This document shows positions 29,801-39,546 of a DNA stretch of 64,000 bases, piece after piece. The stretch's first letter is position 1. Each line of letters opens with the position of its first letter. The translations under genes and the position numbers were made by a program. The notes beneath the pieces were generated by a model that was not told the DNA's origin, did no database searches, and saw only the letters and a program-made list of their open reading frames with translations. The stretch spans positions 186,001-250,000 of IMG/VR virus record IMGVR_UViG_3300023278_002893, one strand, 5' to 3'.

Positions 29801-31540
29801 AGCCAGAGTTCCGCTTGCGCTAACGAACTCGGTATAGAATCCAGACACGGTAATGGTTGAGGAACCAGAAATAACTGTAATCCCATCTGCACCTACAATA
29901 GCAGTCGAAGCGGCGTCTATTGAACTCTGTAAAGCACCTGATGCACTAACAAACTCATCTCTAAACCCGCCTATTGCTATAGCACTGGCACCACTAATAA
30001 CGGTTATTCCATTTGAACCTACAAGTGGAAGGCCAAAACTAGAACTAATGGCAATAGCGGGGGATTCTCCAACATAGTTTTCGGTTGGGTTCCCCGCTCC
30101 GGCGCTGTAGAGAGCGTCGATTTCATCTAAGGTCAGCGCTTTGTCCCAGAATAGAATTTGGTCCAGAAGACCACTAAACGGACGGTCGCCTCCACCACCG
30201 TTGGGTTGATTTCCAATACATGTGTTGATTGAAGCCGAAGTGGGAACAAACCCTGTCTTTGAGTCAGTCGCCACTTCGACACCGTCGAGATAAATTTTGT
30301 AAGTACTTCCGTTGTACCACGTGATTAAGTGGTACCATGTTCCAGTACTTAAAGCGGAAACAGATGCCTGCACCTGTGTTCCAGTACCTAACGTACCTGT
30401 TGTTAGTCTAAAATTAATGGTCGTTGAGTTAGGTATCCCAGCCATAAACACATGGTCCGCGGTACTAGTACCGTCCGCTTTGGACCAAATACGAGTATCA
30501 CCGGCAAATGAGTCAGAATTAAACCAACCACTGATTGAGAATTCCGATACATTTGGAACATCTAATGTTCCTATATTAAATCTAGTACCACCTGCCCCGT
30601 CAAAGTCGGCGGCCTGCCCGAAACCTGATTTCCCTGCAGTGTATGTAACCCCTCCCGCGATAGTACCGTCTTGGGAGCCGAAGGAATCGTCTGTATTATC
30701 TTCGAAATCGTAACCATTTGTTATATTCTGGTCGCCGGTAGTTGTTGTAACCGAGATCGACGCGTCTAATGCCTTGATCTTTTTAAACTCAAAAACGGGA
30801 CCTGTTTTTTGAAAAAATACGTCCTCGCCTAGGATTCCTATATTAGTACCAGATACAGCCAGGGATCCTGAAGCCGCTAGGAACTCCGCCCGGAAACCCG
30901 AAACCGTAGTTTCGCCCGCGGTGGGAGTTCCTGAGATAACAGTAATTCCATCTACACCCACCATCGCGTCCGAGACCGTACCGCCCCCACCTCCACCACC
31001 GCCCGCAGTGGAAGATATGGTAATAATGTTAGTTCCTGACACGACTGTAACATTACTGCCTGCCACGATAGCGTCGTTTTCGTCCTTAGTGTATCTGACG
31101 TGGTGCGCACTTGCGTCCGCGGCGTGTGTAATGATATCACCATCTATTTCCGAAGACAGGGTTCCAGAAGCGGCAACAAACTCTGTTCTAAAACCAGAAA
31201 CTGTGATTGTCTGGGATGCTGTCGAAACGACATTTCCATCAGTACCGTCTATTACAACCGCACCTACTACACTGTTTACGCTATCTACAGCACCTCCGCC
31301 CCCACCAACACCGCTAGTACTAATTTCTACAAAATTAGTTCCCGTAGTAACTACAATACCAGAGCCTGCGGTAATTAGTCCCTCTCCCGGAAAATAACTA
31401 TTGAAAGTTGTAACCAATTCGGTATCGTCACGCCCACCAGTTCCTGTAATAACTACCTCACCGAAAAATTCATTGAACTCTAGCTCACTGAGAAAATCCT
31501 CGTCCACTGATTGATGTTCTCTTATTCTAGTCTTTACCAT
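26825..31540 (-). CDS. Large tail-fibre/adhesin with internal repeats and a LamG (ConA-like) domain
   Basis: Repeats GFR.EF.AASG and H.....AHH.RY.K.ENDAI; LamG motifs FSISGWF, GTWYHLITWYNG...YLDG, FSGLLDQI; DHGLLTGL.DDDHTQY. Confidence 0.8.
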   Translation of the reverse strand: MVKTRIREHQSVDEDFLSELEFNEFFGEVVITGTGGRDDTELVTTFNSYFPGEGLITAGSGIVVTTGTNFVEISTSGVGGGGGAVDSVNSVVGAVVIDGTDGNVVSTASQTITVSGFRTEFVAASGTLSSEIDGDIITHAADASAHHVRYTKDENDAIVAGSNVTVVSGTNIITISSTAGGGGGGGGTVSDAMVGVDGITVISGTPTAGETTVSGFRAEFLAASGSLAVSGTNIGILGEDVFFQKTGPVFEFKKIKALDASISVTTTTGDQNITNGYDFEDNTDDSFGSQDGTIAGGVTYTAGKSGFGQAADFDGAGGTRFNIGTLDVPNVSEFSISGWFNSDSFAGDTRIWSKADGTSTADHVFMAGIPNSTTINFRLTTGTLGTGTQVQASVSALSTGTWYHLITWYNGSTYKIYLDGVEVATDSKTGFVPTSASINTCIGNQPNGGGGDRPFSGLLDQILFWDKALTLDEIDALYSAGAGNPTENYVGESPAIAISSSFGLPLVGSNGITVISGASAIAIGGFRDEFVSASGALQSSIDAASTAIVGADGITVISGSSTITVSGFYTEFVSASGTLAAEIDSDINTHASDTSAHHIRYTKDENDAIIAGSNIVVVSGANSITISSTGGGGGSGSTPNALVGDDGITVVSGSNVDTISGFYAEFVAASGSLSSEIDTDITTHAEAEDAHHSRYAKNENDAILGLDGNTVISGSDTVTISGFRDEFVATSGSLQSQIDAVESSDVDSVNAITGDVIISGSDGISVSELGQNITVSGFRDEFLAASGTFLTEIVQDLSPVLGSHLECNSFKIEDVQRVHAGDGNASDAPFSFKQQHNTGMYRKGNAVLGFTGGGVERVTISGIVGSTPGMGIAQNLTVAGDIAGTHIQGVSGTLQGELDMSDNRIGDVGWIDFNLVNGITPTEGRLSWNDDDGTLNLGMPGGSVNLQVGQEQLVRTRNTTGSTITDGTAVNILGIQAGRPLVGLADATDPTSGAFGLATEDISNNSNGYVTTFGLVRDVDTSAFSPGDRLYVSNTPGELTKVLPTGTERVIFMGLAVASGVSNGSILVSPINTPFLNELSGNTTFLENLEFAYDGTIAETDNTYTVSSDGADITFTLDRIGGSTNTVQISGVNITHSVPDSVILTAAGTDINPQENWVYLLESAGSLVLTANTSGFPAAEHARVARVIVQTEPTVQTDGPLKLHAYTDHNHEPLSRGGIGHIHAISERIRSQYAEWQTGTALTTTVDTGPTPDDITIQVAAGSIYQLHTHSTPTIDTSGADLIYVFNDFTTPYTTIQSLSEITAYSDGSSIGANDRFNVVLWGAVAENDSDTKLFLNLPGDGYNNNTNAINDVENTALYTIPRDYAGVGWLLSRLTVRRQSSNNWTIIANTDLRGVSPSSFPGGVVIGGAGITDHGLLTGLPDDDHTQYALADGTRGFSATVSGADPVASDDLATKNYVDTVGGPYNLGVENLFNGEDVFFFYTTAARTVQKLIGSIRGTGALGATWTVRHDPTRSGVGTEVITGGTTTHSGNTGEVITSFDNPNIPVDSFVWMETTTQSGTADEFSLTLI

Positions 31541-31552
31541 TGTTATCCCGTA

Positions 31553-31897
31553 TTACCCGACCTTCAGAAATTGTAGAATATCGCTATTCCTGATATCATA
31601 TACAAAGGATAGATTGCTGACGGCGGAAACGAAGAAAACATCTTTATCCACAGTCCCGCTGCTACCTGGAAGTTGGAGTATCCCATTTGTAAATGTTTGA
31701 GTATCGTCAATGAACTCTTGTACGCCAGAAACAGAAACTGGGCCTCCTACGGAAGTCCAGCCTACTCCTGGGGCATTAATGTCTATGGTAGTGCCTGCCG
31801 GGACAACGTCTCCTGTTCTAATCAAGAACAGTTTCTCGGTGGTTATACTACCACCGCTGCTGCTACTAACAGGGCAGGTGATTCCCAGCTCTGCCAT
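31553..31897 (-). CDS. Probable virion/fibre-associated protein
   Basis: FTNGILQ..G motif; upstream of the fibre gene. Confidence 0.5.
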   Translation of the reverse strand: MAELGITCPVSSSSGGSITTEKLFLIRTGDVVPAGTTIDINAPGVGWTSVGGPVSVSGVQEFIDDTQTFTNGILQLPGSSGTVDKDVFFVSAVSNLSFVYDIRNSDILQFLKVG

Positions 31898-32403
31898 ATT
31901 ATCTTATGTCCGTCTTGGTGTCCTGGTTATTGCTACCAACACTAGTTACCGTCGCTGTGCTCCCGGTGATTACCTGGAAGTTTCTGAGAATGAACATTAT
32001 GTAGTCTCCTTTTTTTCGTATTTACAATACTCCAAGGAAGTGCTGCAGACCTTAGACATGTTCTGCAGCTTCGGTACTGCAGTATCTAGGGGCGCCCCAC
32101 ATCCTCCCGACTTAACGGCTCTTCTCCCACAACAACCTCGAGTGAAGTTCCACTTAAAATACTTACAATCTTCTTTATCGTAGTTCTTGATAACTGTAAC
32201 CATTACATAGCCTCATAGTCTGTTATAGATAAGAAATCATCCTCATCCATAATTAAAGTCATGCCGTTAAATAAATGAACCATTACTTGACGTACCGGAG
32301 TACCACCACAATTCCAAGTGTAGTATCCCCAATCCGCTATTACCTGATCCAATAATCTAATCAAAGGGCGTTCCCCCCTCTCCGCGCAGGGCCCAAGTAC
32401 GCG

Positions 32404-33039
32404 CTATTGTATTGAGTTGGTAATCATTGTTAGAGTGCCAATATAACCACCACCGACGCTGCTATTAAGCATAATCTCTCGCGGCGGAGTTAACCACCCC
32501 GTATTGTCAGTAAGCGCAATCTTGGCTTCCATAAGACATAATAAAAGATCTGTTTTTCTATCAGGACCTAACGCCAGTCTATCATAACGCCATTGCCACG
32601 AAGAATGACCAGCCGACATTGCTGCCCAGTAAAACCTTGCGGGAGTCAGAGACTTCCCAGAACTAGCCTTTTGGATCTCGAAGAACTGACGTGCTATCAT
32701 CTCAGCTCTGGAATAACTATCCTCGTTTCCTTGGCTTATACGGAAGAGTATCATCGCAGTCGCCAGATAGACGTCATATCCCTGAGGTTGTTTGATGTCC
32801 CCGCTGATAAAAATTACAGCGAAGTCCATGGTGCTATCTACCTTCTCTTTGAGAAGATCGGGATCACAGCCTTCCTTGGATACCACATAACTGTCACCTT
32901 CCGAACAAGCCGCATAAAGAGCAACCACCTCATTGTCTTGATCCGCCAAAGATCCCATAAGCATGGGAGTGGGGGCGGTAGTCTTACACGCAGAAAGCAA
33001 CAGCACACAGGCTGTTAGTAAAGAAACTATCCATTTCAT
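32404..33039 (-). CDS. Lipoprotein
   Basis: Signal MKWIVSLLTACVLLLSAC with lipobox LSAC. Confidence 0.75.
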   Translation of the reverse strand: MKWIVSLLTACVLLLSACKTTAPTPMLMGSLADQDNEVVALYAACSEGDSYVVSKEGCDPDLLKEKVDSTMDFAVIFISGDIKQPQGYDVYLATAMILFRISQGNEDSYSRAEMIARQFFEIQKASSGKSLTPARFYWAAMSAGHSSWQWRYDRLALGPDRKTDLLLCLMEAKIALTDNTGWLTPPREIMLNSSVGGGYIGTLTMITNSIQ

Positions 33040-33047
33040 AACGGCTC

Positions 33048-33782
33048 CTAAATTATGGTGTCAATTATTTCTAGTAATTCTTCGAAGCCCTCAGAGTTAA
33101 ATAAAGACCAATCCCGCATGGCGGGGAAAAGATCCTTCAATGCCTCCAAAGCCTCGGCAAGATTGGTATCTACCTGAGGGTTATGGGATACCTTCTGTAT
33201 CTCCTGCGTTATTAGGGTTAGATTGGCTTGTAGTACTTCCTTGTTCCGCACGCAGCGGGTTTTAAGATACTCTCCATCTACGTGAGGATACTTCTCTTGC
33301 ATAAACTCAAAGCTAGTAATAAAGGAAAAATCATTAAAGATTATTTCTAACTCCGCAATGGATTCAGCATTCCAATTGTTCTCAGCGCAAAGATACCCAT
33401 AGTGCTTATCTAGCTCTTCATCCATCTCAAACTGCAATCGCATAATGTTAGGGTCGATGGGTGGGTATTTAATCTGATCATATTCCTGTGAGAGCGCAAT
33501 GCGTTTCCAAATATTAAATCCCACCTCACCGAGACTGAGAATAGGTACAGCAATCGCCGCTGGGGGTATAAATGTAAGAACAGCTCTTAGTGCAGAAACA
33601 CTCCTTAGTATATTGTCATCTGACAACATTCGAGGTTTGATCACTATATATTTAGGATCAACTTTCTGATCTTCTTTTTTAGTAGCCTTAAGTATCGCTA
33701 AGGCGGCTCCTAACCAATCTATCATTACAAGTCGCCTCCAAAAGCGTTTTGCAAATTCAAAGGATTTACTCTTCGGTTCCAA
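33048..33782 (-). CDS. Hypothetical protein
   Basis: ORF track, 244 aa. Confidence 0.55.
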   Translation of the reverse strand: MEPKSKSFEFAKRFWRRLVMIDWLGAALAILKATKKEDQKVDPKYIVIKPRMLSDDNILRSVSALRAVLTFIPPAAIAVPILSLGEVGFNIWKRIALSQEYDQIKYPPIDPNIMRLQFEMDEELDKHYGYLCAENNWNAESIAELEIIFNDFSFITSFEFMQEKYPHVDGEYLKTRCVRNKEVLQANLTLITQEIQKVSHNPQVDTNLAEALEALKDLFPAMRDWSLFNSEGFEELLEIIDTII

Positions 33783-34176
33783 GGCCTGCGTCCTCGGCTT
33801 CGGTTCCTGTAAGATTTAACTTCTTATCCGCAAAATCCCGCGCCGCTTTCTGAGCTGCTGCCAGAGACGCATCCATGTTTTCAATTGTAGTCTTACCGAT
33901 TTGAATATTGTACTTATTGGCTGCAATCTCAATGGCCTCACCAATGATCCCTGAAGAGATCTCACTCGCCTCCGCCTCTGCGTTGTCGATGATGGCATCT
34001 AGAATAACGTCCCTCTTATCCTTACTGGACAGGTCGTGTCTAAAAGCAACACTAATAACCATAGGTAGGATAGCCTTTACCATCTCTTCTAGATGGTCGT
34101 CGTGTCTCTTCCAAAGTGCCTGAATCCAATCCCATGCCTTACTAAAAAAATCTCGCATTTTCTTTCTTATGCTCAT
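33766..34176 (-). CDS. Hypothetical helical protein
   Basis: ORF track; overlaps both neighbours. Confidence 0.5.
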   Translation of the reverse strand: MSIRKKMRDFFSKAWDWIQALWKRHDDHLEEMVKAILPMVISVAFRHDLSSKDKRDVILDAIIDNAEAEASEISSGIIGEAIEIAANKYNIQIGKTTIENMDASLAAAQKAARDFADKKLNLTGTEAEDAGLGTEE

Positions 34177-34949
34177 TTTTCCTCCATTATCACCCCAGAC
34201 TCTAGATGCAAGTACGCTGGTGATATTTTTTCTATGCGGATTCCGTCAGGATCCTTAGAGACAAGAAGTTTTCCGTCAGGAAGCTCGAACCAATTCACCG
34301 AGTCCCCAACCGAAACCTCCTCCTCCATAACAATCTTACTCCGCTCTAGTGCTAGAATCCCCTCCACTTTCTGCATCCCGTGTACGTTGGCGGGGTTTTC
34401 GTAATCGTTGTTTAACCTCATTCTCCGCTTCCTTCCTCTTTTCTACAAACTTGTCGAACTGTCTCTGCCTTGTGGTTATGAAATCTAGAACATCTAGGAG
34501 TTTAGGCCCCGAATGTCCTGTGAGCCCTACATGAAGTACGTCGTCATCTGGTTGTTCTACGCACCAGACTCTATTAGTATAATCTGTCAAAACTACGGGC
34601 ATGTCAATCTCCAATCGTTAATCAAACTCAAAACGAGCGTATAGGCAGGAACCGCCCCTGCGCTTTAAAAAAAACGGGAAGTCCTACCTATTCATTCAAT
34701 AATGTAAGTTGGGTTTATTCTATCTTCTCAGATTCATTGACTACTACGTTGGTCAGGCTCTGTAGGTCTCTCTGTTGGTCCTCGGAGATCGACCACTTCT
34801 GAAGCTTAAGTCCCTGTGCAGTTACTGACTGGTGAAGAACTGAAGCCACTCTCTCCGTAATCCTTAACTCTGCAGGGCATTTAAGAGTAGCAATTCCATC
34901 TTCTTCGTCTATTTCAACTTCTAGTTTTAGAATGATATTCTCTGCCATG

Positions 34950-35393
34950 TTAATGCCTTCCGGTGGAACCAAAGCCACCATCGCCTCGCGTTGAGGTCGT
35001 GAGGTCGTCCTCTTCTTTATACGTAGTATAGAGAGGCCCTGCAAGAACCGCTTGTGCGATTCTATCACCTACCTCAACGCGAAACCTCTTTCTACCGTGG
35101 TTGATCAGGAGAACCCCAATTTCACCACGATAGTCCGAGTCTATTGTTCCTGGCGCATTCAGAACGGTAACTCCGTGCTTGAATGCCAGGCCGCTTCTTG
35201 GTCTAATTTGCATCTCCCACCCCTCAGGAAGCTCTACAGCAAGACCTGTCTTTACCAGTGCGTACTGTCCCGGCTTTATGACAACGTCCTCTACGGACGA
35301 AAGATCAGCGCCTGCAGACCCTTTAGTTTTATATACGGGAATAGTTGCGTCGGGGTGGAGTTTCTTAATCTTAATTCCACTTTTTCTCAACAC
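34950..35393 (-). CDS. dut: Trimeric dUTPase
   Basis: All five motifs: AGADL, RSGLA, GTIDSDYRGE, RIAQ, RGDGGFGSTG. Confidence 0.97.
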   Translation of the reverse strand: MLRKSGIKIKKLHPDATIPVYKTKGSAGADLSSVEDVVIKPGQYALVKTGLAVELPEGWEMQIRPRSGLAFKHGVTVLNAPGTIDSDYRGEIGVLLINHGRKRFRVEVGDRIAQAVLAGPLYTTYKEEDDLTTSTRGDGGFGSTGRH

Positions 35394-35854
35394 TAAGTCA
35401 CCTCAAATTTGATTTTACTCCCCTTCCTAATGGGGGTAGTACGCACAGGTTTCTTATCACTCACAGGTTCGATCTCTTCGATCTCGACCTTCGCCACTTG
35501 CGTAAGATAACCACGAGCTATGACCGCACCTTCCATTAAATGAAGGGGATTTCCTGCGTGATTTTTCACCGGAATCTCTAAGATCTGCCTTGGGACGGTG
35601 CCGTCTATTACCAGGGTGCCTGGAAACACCTCAGCAGCCTTCTCATAGATTGAGGGGGTACTGAAAATGGTTAGAACGTATCCAGGTTCTATTTCAAGAG
35701 TGATGTCCGTAGGGATCTTCTTTATTTCTGAAGATTGAATTATTACAGGTTTAGCACATACGAAAGTAAAAATGTTATCTTCGATCGGCGCCTCGACACC
35801 CTTTTTATTGTGAAAGCCTACATTCATAATACGCCTTGAAACCGCCTGGGGCAA
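35393..35854 (-). CDS. Degenerate dUTPase-fold paralog
   Basis: IPTDITLEIEPGY, LVID, IPVKN, GAVIARG align to the Dut scaffold; catalytic motifs lost. Confidence 0.6.
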   Translation of the reverse strand: MPQAVSRRIMNVGFHNKKGVEAPIEDNIFTFVCAKPVIIQSSEIKKIPTDITLEIEPGYVLTIFSTPSIYEKAAEVFPGTLVIDGTVPRQILEIPVKNHAGNPLHLMEGAVIARGYLTQVAKVEIEEIEPVSDKKPVRTTPIRKGSKIKFEVT

Positions 35855-35884
35855 GGCCCCAGGTCGGTTGTAAAAAAAACTGGA

Positions 35885-36181
35885 TTACGAATTTCGTCCA
35901 GGGTTATTGCTAGTAGTAACTCCCGGAAGAGTTGCATTACCAACAGGCAGCTTACCTGATCGACCAGTACTGACGGTAGCATTGCCGGTGGAGCTACCTC
36001 GGATCTCCTGATTCTGGAAGTATCCTCGGTTCCACGCCATGCCGTGCTGTGCGCCTGTTACGGGGCCAGCCATGTCGGGGTTACGAGTTGACTCGGGCCC
36101 GAATCCATTAGCATTAGTGTCAAAAATTGCTGCAAGTGCGTCTAGGTTGACGACAGTGCCGTCGTGTTGTAGTACACCCAT
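35885..36181 (-). CDS. G/N/T-rich small hypothetical protein
   Basis: RBS GGAGG; ORF track. Confidence 0.5.
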   Translation of the reverse strand: MGVLQHDGTVVNLDALAAIFDTNANGFGPESTRNPDMAGPVTGAQHGMAWNRGYFQNQEIRGSSTGNATVSTGRSGKLPVGNATLPGVTTSNNPGRNS

Positions 36182-36634
36182 GTTGTTTCCCTCCGTTACA
36201 TTTTTTTTTATGTTATCTTGGGCTGTAGTAGTCGCCGGTGAGAAGGACCGGTTAAGTTAGGCACAGAAGGCCTGGATTAGTCTTGAAAAGACAATCACTC
36301 ACTTATGGAGGGGAACCCAAGATATACTATCTAGGAAGCTCAGCTTCGTCTATCCTAGATAAATTTGATAGGTTATTTCCCTCAGTTGCGTCCGCCTCCG
36401 TTCTAACAGCGTTATTACCATAAGCACGGAGTCGAACTGGTTTAAAACCATCCCAATGTCTAACTACTAGATTCTCGTCAAACGCGACGAGGGCGTTTAA
36501 ATCCTTTTTACTTATAGTAAGCACATAATCTTCATCCGGTTCCACCTCTGCCAATACCTCTAAATCCACATATACTGTTTCGTCCATTTCAAAACTCCTT
36601 TTCCTTGTGAGACGAAGTTTCCTCTCAGTTACCA

Positions 36635-36663
36635 ATCATAAGTTCTTTGGCCAAAGTTGTCAA
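36635..36663 (-). promoter_or_regulatory. sigma70-type promoter
   Basis: TTGACA-17-TATGAT. Confidence 0.75.
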
Positions 36664-36681
36664 CCCTACCCAGCCATTTAG

Positions 36682-36912
36682 TTACTCCTGCCCGCCTCGA
36701 ACTACGTTCTCTGCTTGGGGCTTACCGTCGTCTGCATGGACAAGATCGAATATAATAACCTCTCCCTGCTCCAGCTTCTTAAAGCCGTCCATGGTAATCT
36801 TAGTCCAATGAACGAATATATCCTGCTCTTTATCTTCGGCGTCGATCACCTCAGGGCTGTTAATAAAACCATATCCTTTCTTAGCATCAAACCATTTACA
36901 AATACCTTGCAT
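36682..36912 (-). CDS. Cold-shock domain protein
   Basis: KWFDAKKGYGFI, DIFVHW, GFKKL..G, PQAENV; start reassigned to 36912. Confidence 0.93.
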   Translation of the reverse strand: MQGICKWFDAKKGYGFINSPEVIDAEDKEQDIFVHWTKITMDGFKKLEQGEVIIFDLVHADDGKPQAENVVRGGQE

Positions 36913-36984
36913 GATTGTACTCCTAAATTCCACGAATGGATTGCGGGAATTTCCCGTTATTTTAATTATATGTTTTTTATCTGA

Positions 36985-37746
36985 CTATAGGGATAATATC
37001 TCAGGTTCATCCTCAGAAACACACACCATGTGTTCGATGTGGGTGGCTCTGGAGTAGTCCTTAGTTATAATCGTCCATTTGTCAGGTAGTACTCCTAGTT
37101 CCGCTCGCTGGTACAAAAGCATGGGTTCGAGGCAAAATACCATTCCGGGCTCCAAATCTATACCTTTATTGGATGCTCCAAAATTGGGTACTTGGGGCTC
37201 TTCGTGTACCTTCTGCCCGATAGCGTGTCCGCAGAACTGAAGTACATTCTCATATCCGCTGTGGTAAATAGAGGACTGTATAGCGTTACTGATGTCTCCT
37301 AGTTTGTTTCCGGGACGGCATTTATCAATACCCGCATCTAGTGCCGCACGGGTTGCGTCCATAATCTTCTGATCTTTCTCAGAAGCATCTCCTACGGTAA
37401 ACAATCTTGCAAAATCCGCACACCACCCGTTCAGTACTACTCCGCAATCAATAGAAAGCATATCTCCCTCTTCGAGAGGTTCATCATCGGGTATCCCATG
37501 AACGAGCACGTGGTTTTTGGAAAAACAAATACTAGCAGGGAAATCTGGAACTCCGGGAGGTCCAGGGTACCCTTTGAAAGCAGGCACCGCTCCGTGGTCT
37601 CTAATGTAGGAATCTGCCATCTCGTCTAGAAATGTTCCAGTTACTCCGGGGGCAGCGTTCTCCACTAGTAATGCTAAACAGCCGGAAAGAACTTTCGCAC
37701 TCTCCCGCATCTTCACGACCTGCTCGGGTGTTTTAATTACGGACAC
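36985..37746 (-). CDS. map: Methionine aminopeptidase type I
   Basis: HGIP, SIDCG...D, GHAIG..VHEEP, LEPM, EH. Confidence 0.95.
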   Translation of the reverse strand: MSVIKTPEQVVKMRESAKVLSGCLALLVENAAPGVTGTFLDEMADSYIRDHGAVPAFKGYPGPPGVPDFPASICFSKNHVLVHGIPDDEPLEEGDMLSIDCGVVLNGWCADFARLFTVGDASEKDQKIMDATRAALDAGIDKCRPGNKLGDISNAIQSSIYHSGYENVLQFCGHAIGQKVHEEPQVPNFGASNKGIDLEPGMVFCLEPMLLYQRAELGVLPDKWTIITKDYSRATHIEHMVCVSEDEPEILSL

Positions 37747-38476
37747 GGTTGGGGAATTCTCCAGGAAGAATGAGAGTTACCTCAGTTAGACCTTCGCGTA
37801 CATCAACAATTACATCTACGTCGTCCTCTAGTCCTAGCAAACGAAGGACTTCTACGAGGGCTGCGTATTTACCCTCTGCCTTCTCAGAAGTATCAAAGGG
37901 ATCGAGAGAACCTCGGTGCTTCTCTGACCCGAGAAGTTCATGCCAGGCTATATACCACTGGGTTACCTCAGGTGCGTAATGTGCTGCTTGGGATCTGTAT
38001 CTAGAAGGCAGTGCTTCAATTGCTGCAAGTGCGTTAGCGTGTCCTCCATGAGTAATCACAAGGTACGCAGCTTTACCCCCAGAATTGTAGAAAGTAAGTA
38101 CAGCCTCTAGTTGGACCTTCTTGTCAGTTACCTTACGATACTTCTTGTGGAACAACCACCAGAGAGTCGCACAAACTGCTTTCACTCCCAGATCAGGATC
38201 TGACGCATCTCTCTTAGTAAAGTTTTCCAGTTCCAACGGATCAGGGCAATCAGGCATAGCAGCAATTTGAGCCACTTGCCTAGAACCGATCCCTGTCATC
38301 TGCCCCAAACCGTAAGCCCCTGTGGGACTAACTGCTTCGGGTTTGAATCTAGATTCTTGGGTGATGAGGGCGCGAACGAGATTAGGATCCAGATCAAAAG
38401 ATTTGGAGTGCTCTTCTATGTATATTCTGATTTCTCTTTCGCGACTCTTCGCACCCTGGGAAATAGTTACTGACAT
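37733..38476 (-). CDS. Lytic transglycosylase (SLT domain)
   Basis: ALITQESRF...AVSPTGAYGLGQM; FYNSG. Confidence 0.88.
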   Translation of the reverse strand: MSVTISQGAKSREREIRIYIEEHSKSFDLDPNLVRALITQESRFKPEAVSPTGAYGLGQMTGIGSRQVAQIAAMPDCPDPLELENFTKRDASDPDLGVKAVCATLWWLFHKKYRKVTDKKVQLEAVLTFYNSGGKAAYLVITHGGHANALAAIEALPSRYRSQAAHYAPEVTQWYIAWHELLGSEKHRGSLDPFDTSEKAEGKYAALVEVLRLLGLEDDVDVIVDVREGLTEVTLILPGEFPNRVRN

Positions 38477-39546
38477 TAGTCCCTCCGTGGGTTGCTTTCG
38501 TATCCGTAGTTGGCGGACACCTGCATAAATTCAGCTTTGCGTTGTAGTTCTTTGATATCTTCAGCACCTGCATAAGTTAGTCCGCTTCTTAGACCTCCGA
38601 GGAGATCGTTAATGGTATCCTGTGCAGAGCCCGTCACCGGGGCCCAGAAGTCAGTTCCCTCAGCAACTGTCTTCTCCTTCAAACCCCCGTAGAAATCGTT
38701 CTGGAAATCCGCACTTGCCTGTCCTCTGTACTTAGCTTGTCTTACAGGAACTCCCTCAGAAATGAAAGAGCAGTCTTCTATTTTATCCCCTGTGGTATAT
38801 ACTGCATTACGTGGGTCTCTTTTTTCAGCAGCACTCTCCTCAGTCAGTGCAAATATTTTACCTATCATTACCGTACAAGCCCCTACCGCAAGAGCCTTTA
38901 CAATGTCCGAAGAGTTTCGAATCCCTCCGTCTGCAATAATTGGTACTCCAAGGTGTACAGCTTCATCCGCGCAGTTCTTAATCGCTGTAAATTGCGGGAC
39001 TCCGAACCCTGTGACGTTACGCGTAGTGCATGCAGCTCCTGGGCCGATACCAACTTTAACTGCATCCGCACCTGCATTAACAAGATCATGATAAGCACGC
39101 GCTGTGCATACATTTCCCGCGATGACTTCCAGGCTTGGACAAGTATTTTTAAGATAACTTATGGTATTAATCATTAACTCAGAGTGTCCATGGGCTACGT
39201 CCAATACTACGCCTTTTAAGTGATGCGCCTCGACAAATCTTTCTAATTCTTTAATACTCTCTTTACCTAAACCAGAACTTAAGAAACAGTTCGGAAAGTC
39301 TGACAACCACTTTATCTTCTGAGCAGAATCTGAAAATCTGTGAAATAAAGGAATTCCTCCATTCCCCACAACGACATGTGCAAGCTCCGTACCTATAACA
39401 GTATCCATGTTTGCAGGAATTAAAGGCAGTTCTATTTTTGTATTCTTTGTAAGCCACGTAGTTAATTGGGGCTCGGCCCTGCTACCGACATTACTATAAC
39501 GAGGTACTAAGCATACATCATCAAAAGTTAAACCTCTGCTTATCAT
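38476..39546 (-). CDS. guaB: IMP dehydrogenase/GMP reductase family enzyme (no CBS domain)
   Basis: LTFDDV.LVP, ANMDTV, DVAHG, GIGPGAACTTR, IIADGGI, LRSGLTYAG; start 39546. IMPDH versus GMPR not resolved. Confidence 0.85.
   Translation of the reverse strand: MISRGLTFDDVCLVPRYSNVGSRAEPQLTTWLTKNTKIELPLIPANMDTVIGTELAHVVVGNGGIPLFHRFSDSAQKIKWLSDFPNCFLSSGLGKESIKELERFVEAHHLKGVVLDVAHGHSELMINTISYLKNTCPSLEVIAGNVCTARAYHDLVNAGADAVKVGIGPGAACTTRNVTGFGVPQFTAIKNCADEAVHLGVPIIADGGIRNSSDIVKALAVGACTVMIGKIFALTEESAAEKRDPRNAVYTTGDKIEDCSFISEGVPVRQAKYRGQASADFQNDFYGGLKEKTVAEGTDFWAPVTGSAQDTINDLLGGLRSGLTYAGAEDIKELQRKAEFMQVSANYGYESNPRRD

Noticed and set aside
35854-35887. Stop read-through from 35885..36181 into the dUTPase paralog
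   Set aside because: In-frame arrangement is a 1-in-3 chance, the stop is TAA, and the gap holds a terminator-like hairpin
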